Shown here: one piece after another, positions 51,601-61,805 of the stretch | Numbering within the stretch: position 1 is the first letter of the stretch | How the letters are laid out: each line of letters begins with the position of its first letter | Assembly: GCA_963789385.1 (NCBI GenBank) | Contig: CAWBKT010000038.1 | Span: 121,094-185,093 of the forward strand | Direction: 5' to 3' | DNA: 64,000 bases | From: an uncultured delta proteobacterium | Lineage (GTDB): Bacteria; Desulfobacterota; Desulfobaccia; Desulfobaccales; Desulfobaccaceae | Program-made: the position numbers and the translations under genes | The notes under the pieces: model-generated | What the model was told of the DNA's origin: nothing | The model's input: the letters and a program-made list of their open reading frames with translations, nothing else | Databases searched by the model: none

Positions 51601-53104
51601 GCTCCAGGTCATCAAGGACCAGAACCTCAACCGGGTGGTGGTGGCCGCGTGTACGCCTCTTACCCATGAGCCCCTGTTCCGGGAGACCATCATGGATGCC
51701 GGCCTGAACAAATATATGTTCGAAATGGCCAACATCCGCAACCAGGACACCTGGGTGCACATGAAGGAATACGACAACGCCACGGACAAGGCCAAGCACC
51801 TGATTAAGATGGCCGTGGCCCGGGCCTCCATGCTGAAGCCGCTGATGGAAAAACCGCTCAACATTATTACGCAGGCCCTGGTGGTGGGCGGCGGCATTGC
51901 CGGTATGAATGCGGCCCTGAACCTGGCCGACCAGGGATTTAAGACCTTCCTCCTGGAAAAAGAGGCGGAGCTGGGCGGGGTGGCCAAAAAGATCCACCAC
52001 ACCATCGAAGGCCTGGATGTGCCGGCTTATGTGGCTGATCTGGTTAAGAAAGTTAAGAGCCACGACAAGATCGAGCTGCTCACCGGGGCCGAAGTCGTGG
52101 GTTTCAGCGGCTATAAAGGCAACTTCAACACCAGAGTGAAGGTGGGTGAGGAAGAAAAGGCCATCGACCACGGCGTCGTCGTCGTGGCCACCGGCGGCCA
52201 TGAATACAAGCCCAAAGAATTCCTCTACGGTGAGGATGGCCGGGTGCTGACCCAGTTGGAGTTGGGTGAGAAGATCCATGCCAAGAAGGCTGAGGTGGCC
52301 AAGTGGGATCAGGCCGTCTTTATCCAGTGCGTGGGCTCCCGGAATGAAGAAAATCCCAACTGTAGCCGGATCTGCTGCCAGGGCGCGGTAAAATACGCCC
52401 TGCAGTTGAAAGAAATGAACCCGAACATGGACGTGGTGATCCTCTACCGGGATATGCGGACCTATGGCATCCTGGAAGACTACTACCGCCAGGCCCGGGA
52501 TCTGGGCGTCATTTTTGCCCGCTTCGATCCGGAGAAACCGCCTGAGGTCACCAAAGAAGGCGACGATCTCAGCGTCACTTTTGTGGACCATGTCCTGCAG
52601 ATGCCGGTGAAGATCAATCCCGACGCCTTGATTCTCAGCGCCGGGGTCATGGCCAATGATGAGTTAGAGTTCGCCAGCATGTTGAAACTGCCGCGCAACG
52701 CCTTCGGCTACTTCATCGAAGCGCATGCCAAGCTGCGGCCGGTGGACTTCTCCTCTGAGGGCATCTTCCTGTGCGGTCTGGCCCATGCCCCGAAGCTGAT
52801 CAGCGAGAGCATCGCCCAGGCCATGGCGGCCGCGGCCAGGGCCGGCGGCTTCCTGTCTGACACCAAACAGACCATCAGCGGGGTGGTGTCCCACGTGGAT
52901 CCCAGCCGCTGCGCCGCCTGTCTGGTATGCGTGCGGAGTTGCCCGTACAATGTCCCGCAGATCAACGAGGACAATGTCTCGGAGATCAACGAAGCCATCT
53001 GTCAAGGGTGCGGTATTTGTGCGTCGGAGTGTCCGGCGAATGTCATCCAGTTGTCGCACTACGAGGATGATCAAATAGCTGCCAGCATTTTAGCGTTCGA
53101 ATAA
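48652..53104 (+). pseudogene. HdrL-type giant flavoprotein (HdrA module + GltD/NfnB-like insert + second HdrA module, about 1480 aa), one frame change at ~49188
   Basis: ORF 48652-49191 (VVGAGIAGIQASLD, CTGCSDCTKVCP, RAPCVQACPANL) stops at a TAG. The paralog alignment CPAGINIQGFVALIKAG versus CPANL-SAQGYVQLIKAG shows that one extra T shifts the frame into ORF 48995-53104. That ORF has GRVCPHPCESVCRR, VAIVGAGPSGLACGYHLA, QCVGSRDVKYNSYCSSVCCMYAIK, IGVFVCNCGINIGG, VVGGGIAGMNAA, QCVGSRNEENPNCSRICC and CAACLVCVRSCP/CQGCGICASECP. Confidence 0.88.
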
Positions 53105-53114
53105 GGAGTGGAAG

Positions 53115-53543
53115 ATGGAATTTACACCAAAGATCATTGCCTTCTGCTGCAGTTACTGAGCGTACTCGGCTGCGGACCTGGCAGGTTCGATGCGACTGCA
53201 GTACCCGACCCACATTCATATTATTAAAGTGCCCTGTTCCGGCCGGGTGGATCTGATTCACCTCCTCATGGCCTTTGAACAAGGGGCGGACGGCGTTTTT
53301 GTGGCCGGCTGCCTGGAGGGCGACTGTCACTATATGCACGGCAACCTCTTTGCCCGGAAACGGGTGGAGCGCGCCAAGGAAATCCTGGAGAAGACCGGCG
53401 TCGGCAAGGATCGGGTGGAAATGTATAATCTTTCTGCCGGACAGGGAACCAGATGGGCTGAAATATGTCGGGAATTCGATGAACGGATCACCAAGCTGGG
53501 GCCCAGCCCCATCCGCTTGGCTCACGAAAAGAAAGCCGCGTAG
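53115..53543 (+). CDS. mvhD: MvhD-like protein with an in-frame UGA (predicted selenocysteine) at 53157-53159
   Basis: ATG 53115 is preceded by AGGAG. The reading MEFTPKIIAFCCSY-TGA-AYSAADLAGSMRLQYP... is in frame with ORF 53190-53543. It aligns residue for residue with the paralog 5342-5770: PQIVAFFCNWCTFTAADLAG versus PKIIAFCCSYUAYSAADLAG. The TGA falls on the second Cys of the CxxC motif. Confidence 0.75.
53170..53201 (+). promoter_or_regulatory. possible SECIS-like hairpin 11 nt downstream of the mvhD UGA
   Basis: Hand fold only. The outer stem is CUGCGG/CUGCAG (one G-U pair). The inner stem is GCA/UGC with a GGUUCGA loop. Confidence 0.35.
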
Positions 53544-53561
53544 GCTTTAGGAGGCAGCCTG

Positions 53562-54257
53562 ATGATTAAGGCAACACCAAAACCATTGGAAGAAATTATC
53601 GAGTTTGTCAAAGATTATAATAAAATCCTGGTCGCCGGCTGCGACGGCTGCGTCACCGTCTGCGAAGCGGGCGGCATGAAAGAAGCCAAAGTCCTGGGTG
53701 CGGCCCTGCGCCTGTATTACACCCAGGCCGGCAAGGACCATGAAGTGGTGGAAACTACGGTAACCCGGCAGTGCGATAAAGAGTATCTCGAGGAATTAAA
53801 GGAGATGGTGGAGAACGCCGACGCCGTGGTTTCCATCGCCTGCGGCTGCGGCATCCAGTACCTGGGTGAGATGTATAATAAAAAGGTCGTTTTCCCAGGC
53901 GTCGACACCCACTTCATGGGCATCAATGCCGAACGGGGTTTGTTTGAAGAACGCTGCGCCGGCTGCGGCCAGTGCGTGTTGGGCACCACCGGCGGCATCT
54001 GCCCCATCGCCCGCTGCTCCAAACGGATGCTCAACGGCCCCTGCGGCGGTTCTGATGCTGGGAAATGTGAAATCAGCAAGGACACCCCGTGCGGCTGGCA
54101 CCTCATCTATGAGCGCCTGGAGACTCTGGGCCAATTAAATCGTTTCGAACAGCCGGTGGATCCCAAGGACTGGCGGACCAGTCGGGACGGCGGCCCCCGG
54201 GTGATTATCCGGGAAGATTTGCGGAAAGCGGAACCCCAGCACGGCGGCGCCCACTAA
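53562..54257 (+). CDS. metV: MetV (methylene-THF reductase C-terminal-domain-like Zn/Fe-S protein)
   Basis: 231 aa with VAGCDGCVTVCEAGG, ...CAGCGQCVLGTTGGICPIARCSKRMLNGPCGG and KCEIS...CGW. Confidence 0.82.
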   Translation: MIKATPKPLEEIIEFVKDYNKILVAGCDGCVTVCEAGGMKEAKVLGAALRLYYTQAGKDHEVVETTVTRQCDKEYLEELKEMVENADAVVSIACGCGIQYLGEMYNKKVVFPGVDTHFMGINAERGLFEERCAGCGQCVLGTTGGICPIARCSKRMLNGPCGGSDAGKCEISKDTPCGWHLIYERLETLGQLNRFEQPVDPKDWRTSRDGGPRVIIREDLRKAEPQHGGAH

Positions 54258-54323
54258 ATAAGCTTATACGGGCCGCCCGGTAAACGGCGGCCCGGTGCAG
54301 ATTTGAAGAGAGGACGAAAGGGA

Positions 54324-55256
54324 ATGAGCACAAAGACACCCAGCAAATTAGAAAAAATTATGGCTTCCGGCCAGTTAGGGGTTACCTCGGAAGTAGGCCC
54401 GCCCCGGGGTGCCGATGGGGCCGAGATCGACCATAAAGCGGCATTAATCAAGGATTATGTGGACGCAGTCAACGTTACCGACAACCAGACCTCAGTGGTC
54501 CGGCTGTGCAGTCTGGCGGCCTGTATCCGACTGAAACAGTTGGGCGTGGAGCCGGTGCTGCAGATGACCACCCGGGACCGGAACCGCATCGCCATGCAGA
54601 GCGACATCCTGGGGGCCGCCTCGTTCGGCATCAACAACATGCTCTGTCTCACCGGCGACCATCAGACCTTCGGCGACCACCCCATGTCCGCCAACGTGTT
54701 TGATCTGGACTCCGTGCAACTGCTCCAGACCGTCAGGTTGATGCGGGATGAGGGCAAGCTCCTGAGCGGCTATGAAATGAAGGTGCGGCCCCAGATCTTT
54801 GTCGGCGCCGCCGAAAACCCCTTTGCCGGCCCCAACGTGGAACTGCGGGCCATGCGGCTGGGAAAGAAAATCGCCGCCGGCGCGGAATTCATCCAGACCC
54901 AGTGTATCTACAACATCCCCAAATTCAAGGAATGGATGAAAATCGCCGTGGACAAGGGCTATGCCGAAAAAACCTTTATTATGGCCGGCATTACCCCCTA
55001 TAAGAGCCTGGGCATGGCCCGCTACATGAAAACCAAGGTGCCGGGGATGGACGTGCCGGATGACCAGATCAACCGTCTCAAGGGCGTGCCCAAGGAAAAA
55101 CAGGCGGACGAAGGCATCAAGATGGCCATCGAGATGATCCAGGAACTCAAAGAACTGCCCGGCGTCAAAGGCTTCCATATCATGGCCATTGAATGGGAAG
55201 AAAAGGTGCCCGAACTGGTAAAGGGCGGCGGCCTGTATCCGCGGCCCCAGGTGTAA
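54324..55256 (+). CDS. metF: 5,10-methylenetetrahydrofolate reductase
   Basis: Contains VTSEVGPPRG, ...VNVTDNQ..., QMTTRDRN, LCLTGDH and AGAEFIQTQCIYN. The gene is adjacent to metV. Confidence 0.9.
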   Translation: MSTKTPSKLEKIMASGQLGVTSEVGPPRGADGAEIDHKAALIKDYVDAVNVTDNQTSVVRLCSLAACIRLKQLGVEPVLQMTTRDRNRIAMQSDILGAASFGINNMLCLTGDHQTFGDHPMSANVFDLDSVQLLQTVRLMRDEGKLLSGYEMKVRPQIFVGAAENPFAGPNVELRAMRLGKKIAAGAEFIQTQCIYNIPKFKEWMKIAVDKGYAEKTFIMAGITPYKSLGMARYMKTKVPGMDVPDDQINRLKGVPKEKQADEGIKMAIEMIQELKELPGVKGFHIMAIEWEEKVPELVKGGGLYPRPQV

Positions 55257-55325
55257 GGAGCACTCGAGCCTCACCTTCGCACCTCGATCACTCTGGGCCT
55301 TGGTTCGGTCCAGGGTGATCGGTCA

Positions 55326-55354
55326 TTGACATTTAAAGTGAAGAATATTACAAT
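55326..55354 (+). promoter_or_regulatory. near-consensus sigma-70 promoter upstream of the hdrC/B-like gene
   Basis: TTGACA (55326-31), a 17-nt spacer, then TACAAT (55349-54). It is preceded by an 11-bp-stem hairpin at 55286-55320. Confidence 0.6.
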
Positions 55355-55412
55355 ATATATACAAAATAATGGATAAGTAATATCAGGTAGAAAATTCATA
55401 AAGGGGTAGAGG

Positions 55413-56808
55413 ATGTCAAAAGAACCCTTAGTAATCAAGAAAAAGAAGGAAAAGTCCTTCAAAGACATTGTCATGGAGAAACTCCCGGATGGGGGCAATC
55501 TCAATGCCTGTCTGACCTGTGGGACGTGTGCCGCGGGTTGCCCGGCCACCGGCTTGCATGGCATGGATCCACGCAAAGTGGTGCGCATGGCGGCTCTCGG
55601 TATGGACGAAGAACTGAAAAAGACCCCCTGGGCCTGGATGTGCAGCATGTGCACCCGTTGTGTCCATGCCTGTCCCATGAATGTCAACATTCCCCAGTTG
55701 GTCTTCAATATGCGGCAGTCCTGGCCCCGGGAAGAGCGGCCCCGGGGTATCTTGCGTTCCTGCGATGCGGCCCTGAGCACCGACACCGGCAGCGCCATGG
55801 GCACCCGGCCGGAAGACTTCGAATTTATCGTCAACGACGTGCGTGGAAGTGATTCGGGAGCAACCTGGTTTTGAAGACTATGCAGGCGCCCATCGACAAG
55901 AAAGGCGCGTATTTTTGTCTGAACCAGAATTCCCGGGAACCGGTAACCGAACCTGAAGAATTAGGACCGCTCTGGAAGATTCTCCATATGGTGGGAGCGG
56001 ATTGGACCTATCGCAGCAAAGGTTGGGCTGGCGGAAAATTACTGCATGTTCCTGGCCGACGACGATGCCTGGAAACATTTGACCAAGATGGCCTTGGATC
56101 AAGGCGGAGGAATTGGGGTGTAAAGTCTTCCTCAACACCGAGTGAGGCCACATCACTTTCGCTGTCCGGGCCGGACTGCAAAAATTCAAAATCCCGCATC
56201 AAGATTGAATCGTCAGCATCTATACCTGGTATGCCAAATGGATTCGGGAAGGGAAACTGAAGGTCAACTCCGACTGGAACAAAAACCTCAAAATTAAATT
56301 CACCGTCCAGGATCCCTGCAACATCATCCGGAAAAGCTTCGGCGATGCAGTGCGCCCAGGATCTGCGCTTTGTCGTGAAGGCCTGTGTGGGGGAAGAAAA
56401 CTTCGTGGATATGACCCCCAACATGTCCAACAACTACTGCTGCGGCGGCGGCGGCGGCTTTCTGCAGAAGCGCTATACAAGGAAGAGCGGTTGGCCTACG
56501 GTCAGAAGAAGCTGGACCAGATTGTCGCCACCGATGCCGACTATTGCGTCGCCCCGTGCCACAACTGCCACTCCCAGATTCACGAACTGGCCGAACATGC
56601 GCCCAAGCATTACGGCACCGTGCATCTGTGGACCATCATTTGCCTGGCCGCCGGGGTGCTGTGCCGCAATGAGCGGACCTACCTGCATGATGATTTGAAG
56701 GAAGTCAACATTCCGGAATGGGATGAGACGGAATTCTTACGTAATATAACCCATTATAATTGTCTTAATAAAAAGGGCGGTGTCTATGAGCACCGCCCTT
56801 TTTATTAG
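55413..56808 (+). pseudogene. HdrC + HdrB (HdrD/DsrK-like, CCG-domain) fusion with at least 5 frame changes and in-frame TGA codons at 56143 and 56206
   Basis: The N-terminal motifs are CLTCGTCAAGCP and CSMCTRCVHACP (ORF 55413-55874). The middle part, read across frames, is ...GWAGENYCMFLADDDAWKHLTKMALD / AEELGCKVFLNTE-TGA-GHITFAVRAGLQKF.... Further on are VQDPCNIIRKSFGDA and NNYCCGGGGGF (CCG motif), then YCVAPCHNCHSQIHEL (ORF 56350-56808). Confidence 0.7.
56773..56806. terminator. bidirectional rho-independent terminator
   Basis: AAGGGCGGTG pairs with CACCGCCCTT and is followed by TTTATT. An A-run on the other side gives the same structure for the convergent minus-strand operon. Confidence 0.75.
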
Positions 56809-56834
56809 AATTTTCATTTTTTCAGACTTCGACC

Positions 56835-58299
56835 CTAACAATTGCTATAAGTCAGAATTGCTATTTCCCAGCCGCTGGATCTTCCTGTTTCGCAGGTGCC
56901 GCCGATGCAGCCAAAGCCCGCCAAAGTCTCCTTCAATTGACTGAGCCCCTTGGCAGGGACAAGGCCGGCTAAGGTCTTATCTCCCTGGGTGAAGCTGACT
57001 TTTATCTGGTCTTTGTCTTCTGAAAATTCTTCCAGGGTAAATAACTTCTTATCTTCAGGACCTGAAAGTTGTAAGGTGAACACTGGCCCTTTGTCTTTTT
57101 TGATTTGGGCTGCCGGCAGGATTTTGCTGAATTCAAGATCTTTGCACCGCCGGAAAACCAGATTGAATTTCATGCCGGGTTCCTGCCGGGCCGGCTTATC
57201 GTCGCCATTTAAGATGCTCCAGCCATTCTGGTCCCTTACCGCGGTCCGCAGTTTATCCGGAGCGCCCCAGACAACTTTCTGAACCTCCGTATCCTGGCCG
57301 GACCACAACCGGCGGTCCTCCAGGGCTTCATAGGAGGCCGGCAGTTTCTCCACCAGGGCTTGATCCACCTGAATGATGGGAGCGGTTCCTGAAATCTGGG
57401 CGTAAGTAGCGGTCCCCCTGTTTGCTCCCGAAAAGCAGGGTTTCTTCCTGGGTCCCGGCCAGCAAAGTCAGGCGGAGGGCAGGGGAGGGGACCAGGCCGT
57501 ATTTCTTCAGGTCATCAGCTTTTTCAGCTACGAATTCCAAGGCCTTGGCGCCGGAAATTTCATTGAGTAAGGCATTAATTCTGTCAGTCCGAAGTGTTAT
57601 GGCCGGGTTATTTTCCAGGGCCCATCCTGAGGGTTCGTTTTTCCGAAGAATCAACCGGTTATCATTGCGTATCAGGCGTATTTCCGTCACTTTTTCGGGC
57701 GTCAAGGAAAATATCTTTTTGCTGCGCAGATCGGTGAGGCTGCGATCCAGAGTTTCTTTATCGGCCACGCGGATCAACAGTATCTGAGGATCGGTGTCTT
57801 TTTGAGCATAAAAACTCTGCTGCCCGGGGGCTTTGTGGCCGAAGCGGAGCTGGTGGTCCTGGCCCGATGCCTGGAATTCAAGAGTAAATAGCGGCTTATC
57901 CAAACCGAATTCTTTGATTGTATCTGCGGGCACCTCATCAAGGTGCCGCTGCCTTTTCAGGTCCGCTAACCCGGTGAGGAGAGAGTTGATGGTAAGCTCA
58001 TCCGCTCTGGCGGCAATCGGTTTGGTAAGGCGCCATTCTCCAGCCGGAGAAATGGGGGTCGGGGTTGCCGAAGGTGGCGGAGTCGATGGTTTTTCCGGTT
58101 CCGGAATCCGTTCCAGGTCGATTTGGCCTTTGTCGTTTTTCAAGGTAAGGGCCTTAATATCAGCAACGTTAACCTTAAAGACCTGTTTAGCTTCTTTTTC
58201 CTGGTCTTGTTTTTGAGAGTGGCGGGATTCGGAGTAAAAATAAGCGCCGGCCACCAGCACCAGGACAGCCAGGTAGATGATCAGTTTCTGAGCCCTCAT
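56835..58299 (-). pseudogene. DUF4340-domain protein, frame change near 57400
   Basis: ATG 58299 overlaps the gldG-like stop (ATGA). The signal anchor is MRAQKLIIYLAVLVLVAGAYF. ORF 57328-58389 continues in ORF 56835-57368. This is the usual fourth gene of GldA/F/G-type ABC clusters. Confidence 0.65.
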
Positions 58300-59880
58300 C
58301 GCCTGGATCTCCGTTTGAGATAGGCGCTGGTTGCAGCAATAACCATGGCCAGGGGGATGATAATCAGGCAGACGAACAGCAAAGCCCATCCCTGTGAGCC
58401 GGTGAGCAGCAGTGGCTGAGATTTTTTCTCCTGGGATCGAAGGGTTATCTGGCTCTCCTCGGCAACCAGGAAATTAATGGTATTCAGAAAAAGATCACCG
58501 TTACCGGAGAGGTTGAAATAGGTATTATCGGCAAAATCCGTATCGCCAAACACGGCCAGATAAGCAGTTTTGTCCCTGGTCTCGGATTTGGCTGCCTCAT
58601 TGGGGCTTTCCGGTGCTTTTTTGGCGTCATCGGGTGTCTCAGCCGACGGGGCCTTTTTCAGATCAGCTTCTTTTTCCGGCTTTTGGGCTTCACCTTGCTT
58701 GGGGACAGAAGGTGTGGCGCTGGGCTTGCCTGCAACTTCGGGGGCAGGTTGAGGCGCCGGCGCCGCCAGACGTTTTTCGGCCAGCACTGCCAGAGTAAAA
58801 GGTCCTTTCAAGTCTTTGGCGGCATCAAATTCAGCCTTGCCTGCTTTAATCCAATCCTGGCCCTGTTTGGCCCAACTGGTTTGCGTCGTGATGGCCAATG
58901 GAACCAACTGCACCGAGTTAGGCAGGTCCTTGGCCAAAAAGAGGGGCCGGGCCAGCGGAAAAATAGTGACGACATTGCTGAAATCCTGCGTGATGCGGTG
59001 CTTGCCGTACTGAATCACCAGCGGCATGGTGACGCTGGCCCCCAGGGCGCGGCTCACCTGGTTATCATCCAGAATCAGGCGGTCATCGGGCACAATGCCA
59101 TAGGCAGCCAGAAATTCCTTTAGCCCGGCATCCTTCTGGGGCTCCAGAAGCAGCAGTATCCGCCCTCCTTGATCCAAATAATTTTTTAAGGCATTTATTT
59201 CATTTGGAAATAAAGCTTTTTCCGGTCCGGCCAGCACGACTGCGGCGGCATCAGGAGGGACCGCGGTCTGAGTTAACAGGTTCAGATCCATGACCTCGAG
59301 ACCTTCTTTGGTAAGAGCTTCCCGAGCCAAAAAAAAGCTTCGTTTATCCGACTCTTTATTGCCCCGTTCCCCGTGACCGGTAAGAAAAAATATCTTTTTG
59401 TTTTGCGGGTTCAAAAGCTTGCGGATGGCATCAGTCAGATTTTCTTCCGTCGGGCTGTTGGCTAGTTGCCGACGCCCCTGATATTCCAACAGGACATTGC
59501 CGGGCAGGCGATAACCCGCCTGCTGAGCTTCCAGGGGAGAGCGATCGGGGTCAACAATATGTATGGCAATTAAACGATTCTGATAAGTGGTAGTTGTCCA
59601 GTAATTCTTTGCCTACCTGGCGGTCGGCCTGACCTTCGGGCAGAAAAGCAGTAATTTTCAATGGTTCCTTGACTTCGGCCACGATGTTTTTGGTAATTTT
59701 GGTGAGGGATTGGCTTTTGTCGGCGTTTGCATCCCAACGCCAGTAGTAACGATCTGCTAAAAAGGCCAGAAAGACCAGGATAGCCAGGACGATGATCACT
59801 GAAGCGACCGATCCGGAACCATAGAAAAATTTTTGCCGTGAACTGGTAGTAGGCCGGATACCCATAATTAGCCTCGCCAT
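58296..59880 (-). pseudogene. GldG-like ABC-transporter-associated protein, frame change near 59530
   Basis: The N-terminal TM region and ...KITAFLPEGQADRQ lie in ORF 59551-59880. FFLTGHGE...ALTKEGLEVMDLNL...ILLLLEP...AVFGDTDFADN and a C-terminal TM lie in ORF 58296-59489. Confidence 0.75.
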
Positions 59881-60644
59881 TGCCTGGATTCAAGCTGCCG
59901 CTTGGTTAAAAACAGAAAGAAAAAAATGAATCCCAGATAATAAAGGATATCTCTGGAATCCAGGACGCCTTTGCTGAAGGCGTCAAAATGACCGCTGGTC
60001 GAAAGATAACGGAAAAATTCCTGGAGGCCCTGGGGCCCTAATTCTGAAAGCCAGCCTATAATCCAAAACAGCAGCAACAGACTGAAAGCAATGATGGCGG
60101 CAATTATCTGATTTTCCGTCAGGGAAGAACAGAACAGGCCCAGGGCCAGGAAAGCTCCGCCCAGAAGAAAAAGTCCCAGATAACCTGCGGCAATAGCCGC
60201 CCAATCCAAATGTATCACAGTGGCGAAGGCAATACTGTAGAGCACGGTAATGGCCAGCAGGATGGCATAAAGGGCCAGGGAGGCCAGAAATTTCCCCAGG
60301 ATAACGCCCCAGTCGGTGAGGGGGAAGGTAAACAGCAATTCCATAGTGCCGGAGCGTTTTTCTTCCGCGAATAGTCGCATGGTGAACAAGGGAATAATAA
60401 ATAAAAAGACTACCGCCAGGTTACCGAAAAAAGGCCGATAGATCATTTGCAACGGGGTCATCATGCTGGCCAGGTACGGGTTTTGGCCGGCCTGAAAGCT
60501 GAGCACGCTGTAATAGAGGATGTTGAGATAAAAGAAATATCCCGCCAGCAGCAGAAAAAAGAAGCCGGTTAAGTAAAAAATGGGGGTGGCGAAATAAATT
60601 GTTAATTCCTTGCGCCAGACAGCAATGGAGCCGGTCATAGTCAT
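59868..60644 (-). CDS. GldF-like ABC-2 permease
   Basis: 258-aa ORF with six hydrophobic helices, between the ATPase and the GldG-like gene. Confidence 0.75.
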   Translation of the reverse strand: MTMTGSIAVWRKELTIYFATPIFYLTGFFFLLLAGYFFYLNILYYSVLSFQAGQNPYLASMMTPLQMIYRPFFGNLAVVFLFIIPLFTMRLFAEEKRSGTMELLFTFPLTDWGVILGKFLASLALYAILLAITVLYSIAFATVIHLDWAAIAAGYLGLFLLGGAFLALGLFCSSLTENQIIAAIIAFSLLLLFWIIGWLSELGPQGLQEFFRYLSTSGHFDAFSKGVLDSRDILYYLGFIFFFLFLTKRQLESRQWRG

Positions 60645-60703
60645 ATCCAGTGTTAAGCTTCAGTATATTAGCTTCAAGTTTTAATAGTCTGCTTCCTTAT
60701 TAT

Positions 60704-60742
60704 CCCCTCGCCTCCTTGGGGGAGAGGGTCAGGGTGAGGGGG
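60704..60742. repeat. GC-rich REP-like palindromic element in an AT-rich spacer
   Basis: The sequence is CCCCTCGCCTCCTTGGGGGAGAGGGTCAGGGTGAGGGGG. CCCCTC pairs with GAGGGG, and CTCC pairs with GGAG. Confidence 0.4.
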
Positions 60743-60746
60743 TAAT

Positions 60747-61685
60747 TTACGCCACCTCTTCCTCTTCCGTAATCAGATTCATAAAGACGTCTTCCAGAGT
60801 AAATTCCTGGGTCTTCAATTCCAGCAGATCCCAGCCTCGCTGCACAATACCGCGGGCCAGTTCAGGGCGGACTTCCGCATCCAGGTCAGCTTCCAGGGTA
60901 AAAGTCCCATCTCCCAATCCATGAACGTTCTTCACACCGGGGACTGCCGCAATCGCCGCCTGCACTTCGGCGGGGGGCCCTTTGACCGTTAGATGCACCC
61001 GGGCTTCCCGGTTCAACTGGTGCGTCAGATTCGCCGGAGTGTCACTGGCCACAATCTGCCCCCGGTTGATAATAATGACCCGCTGACAGAGCTGGCTGAC
61101 TTCGGGCAGGATATGGCTGCTCAGGATAACGGTGTGGTCGCCGGCTAATTGGCGGATAAGCTCCCTGATTTCCACGATTTGGGCCGGATCCAGGCCGATC
61201 GTGGGTTCGTCCAGGATAAGCAGGGGCGGCCGCCCCAAAAGGGCCTGGGCCAGGCCCACACGCTGCCGGAAACCCTTGGAAAGAAACGTTATCAGGGTAT
61301 TTTTGACGTCTTGCAGGGAGCAATCTTCGATGGCCCGATCCACCTCCAGGCGACGCTGGCGGGAATCCAAGCCTTTGGCCTGGCCGGTGAAATCCAAAAA
61401 TTGGCTGACGGTCAACTCGGGATAAAGCGGCACGGTCTCGGGCAGATACCCCAAAGACTTTCTGGCGGCCAGGGACTGAGTGACGCAGTCGAAGCCGTGG
61501 ACGGTGGCGGTCCCCGAGGTTGGTGGCATATAACCCGCCAGGATTTTTAAGGTTGTGGTCTTGCCGGCGGCATTGGGTCCTAAAAAACCGACGATTTCGC
61601 CATCCGCCACTTCGAAATTCAGAGCCTGGATGGCCGCGAAGGAACCATAAAACTTGGTCAAATCTTTGACTGCAATCATAGGCAT
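60747..61685 (-). CDS. GldA-like ABC transporter ATP-binding protein
   Basis: Walker A GPNAAGKTTTL, signature LSKGFRQRVGLAQAL and Walker B LLILDEPTIGLD. The start is ATG 61685 or 61679. Confidence 0.88.
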   Translation of the reverse strand: MPMIAVKDLTKFYGSFAAIQALNFEVADGEIVGFLGPNAAGKTTTLKILAGYMPPTSGTATVHGFDCVTQSLAARKSLGYLPETVPLYPELTVSQFLDFTGQAKGLDSRQRRLEVDRAIEDCSLQDVKNTLITFLSKGFRQRVGLAQALLGRPPLLILDEPTIGLDPAQIVEIRELIRQLAGDHTVILSSHILPEVSQLCQRVIIINRGQIVASDTPANLTHQLNREARVHLTVKGPPAEVQAAIAAVPGVKNVHGLGDGTFTLEADLDAEVRPELARGIVQRGWDLLELKTQEFTLEDVFMNLITEEEEVA

Positions 61686-61770
61686 ATACTTTGGGATTGG
61701 GTTATTCAAGGCTTGAAATATTTGGATAAATTATATTATTATCATAATCACTTTTATACTGCAAGCCTTT

Positions 61771-61799
61771 CACCGCAGAGACGCGGAGGACGCAGAGGG
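61771..61799. repeat. left 29-bp inverted repeat bracketing the GxxExxY gene
   Basis: CACCGCAGAGACGCGGAGGACGCAGAGGG matches the reverse complement of 62181-62209 at 27 of 29 positions. Confidence 0.85.
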
Positions 61800-61805
61800 A
61801 TAAAC

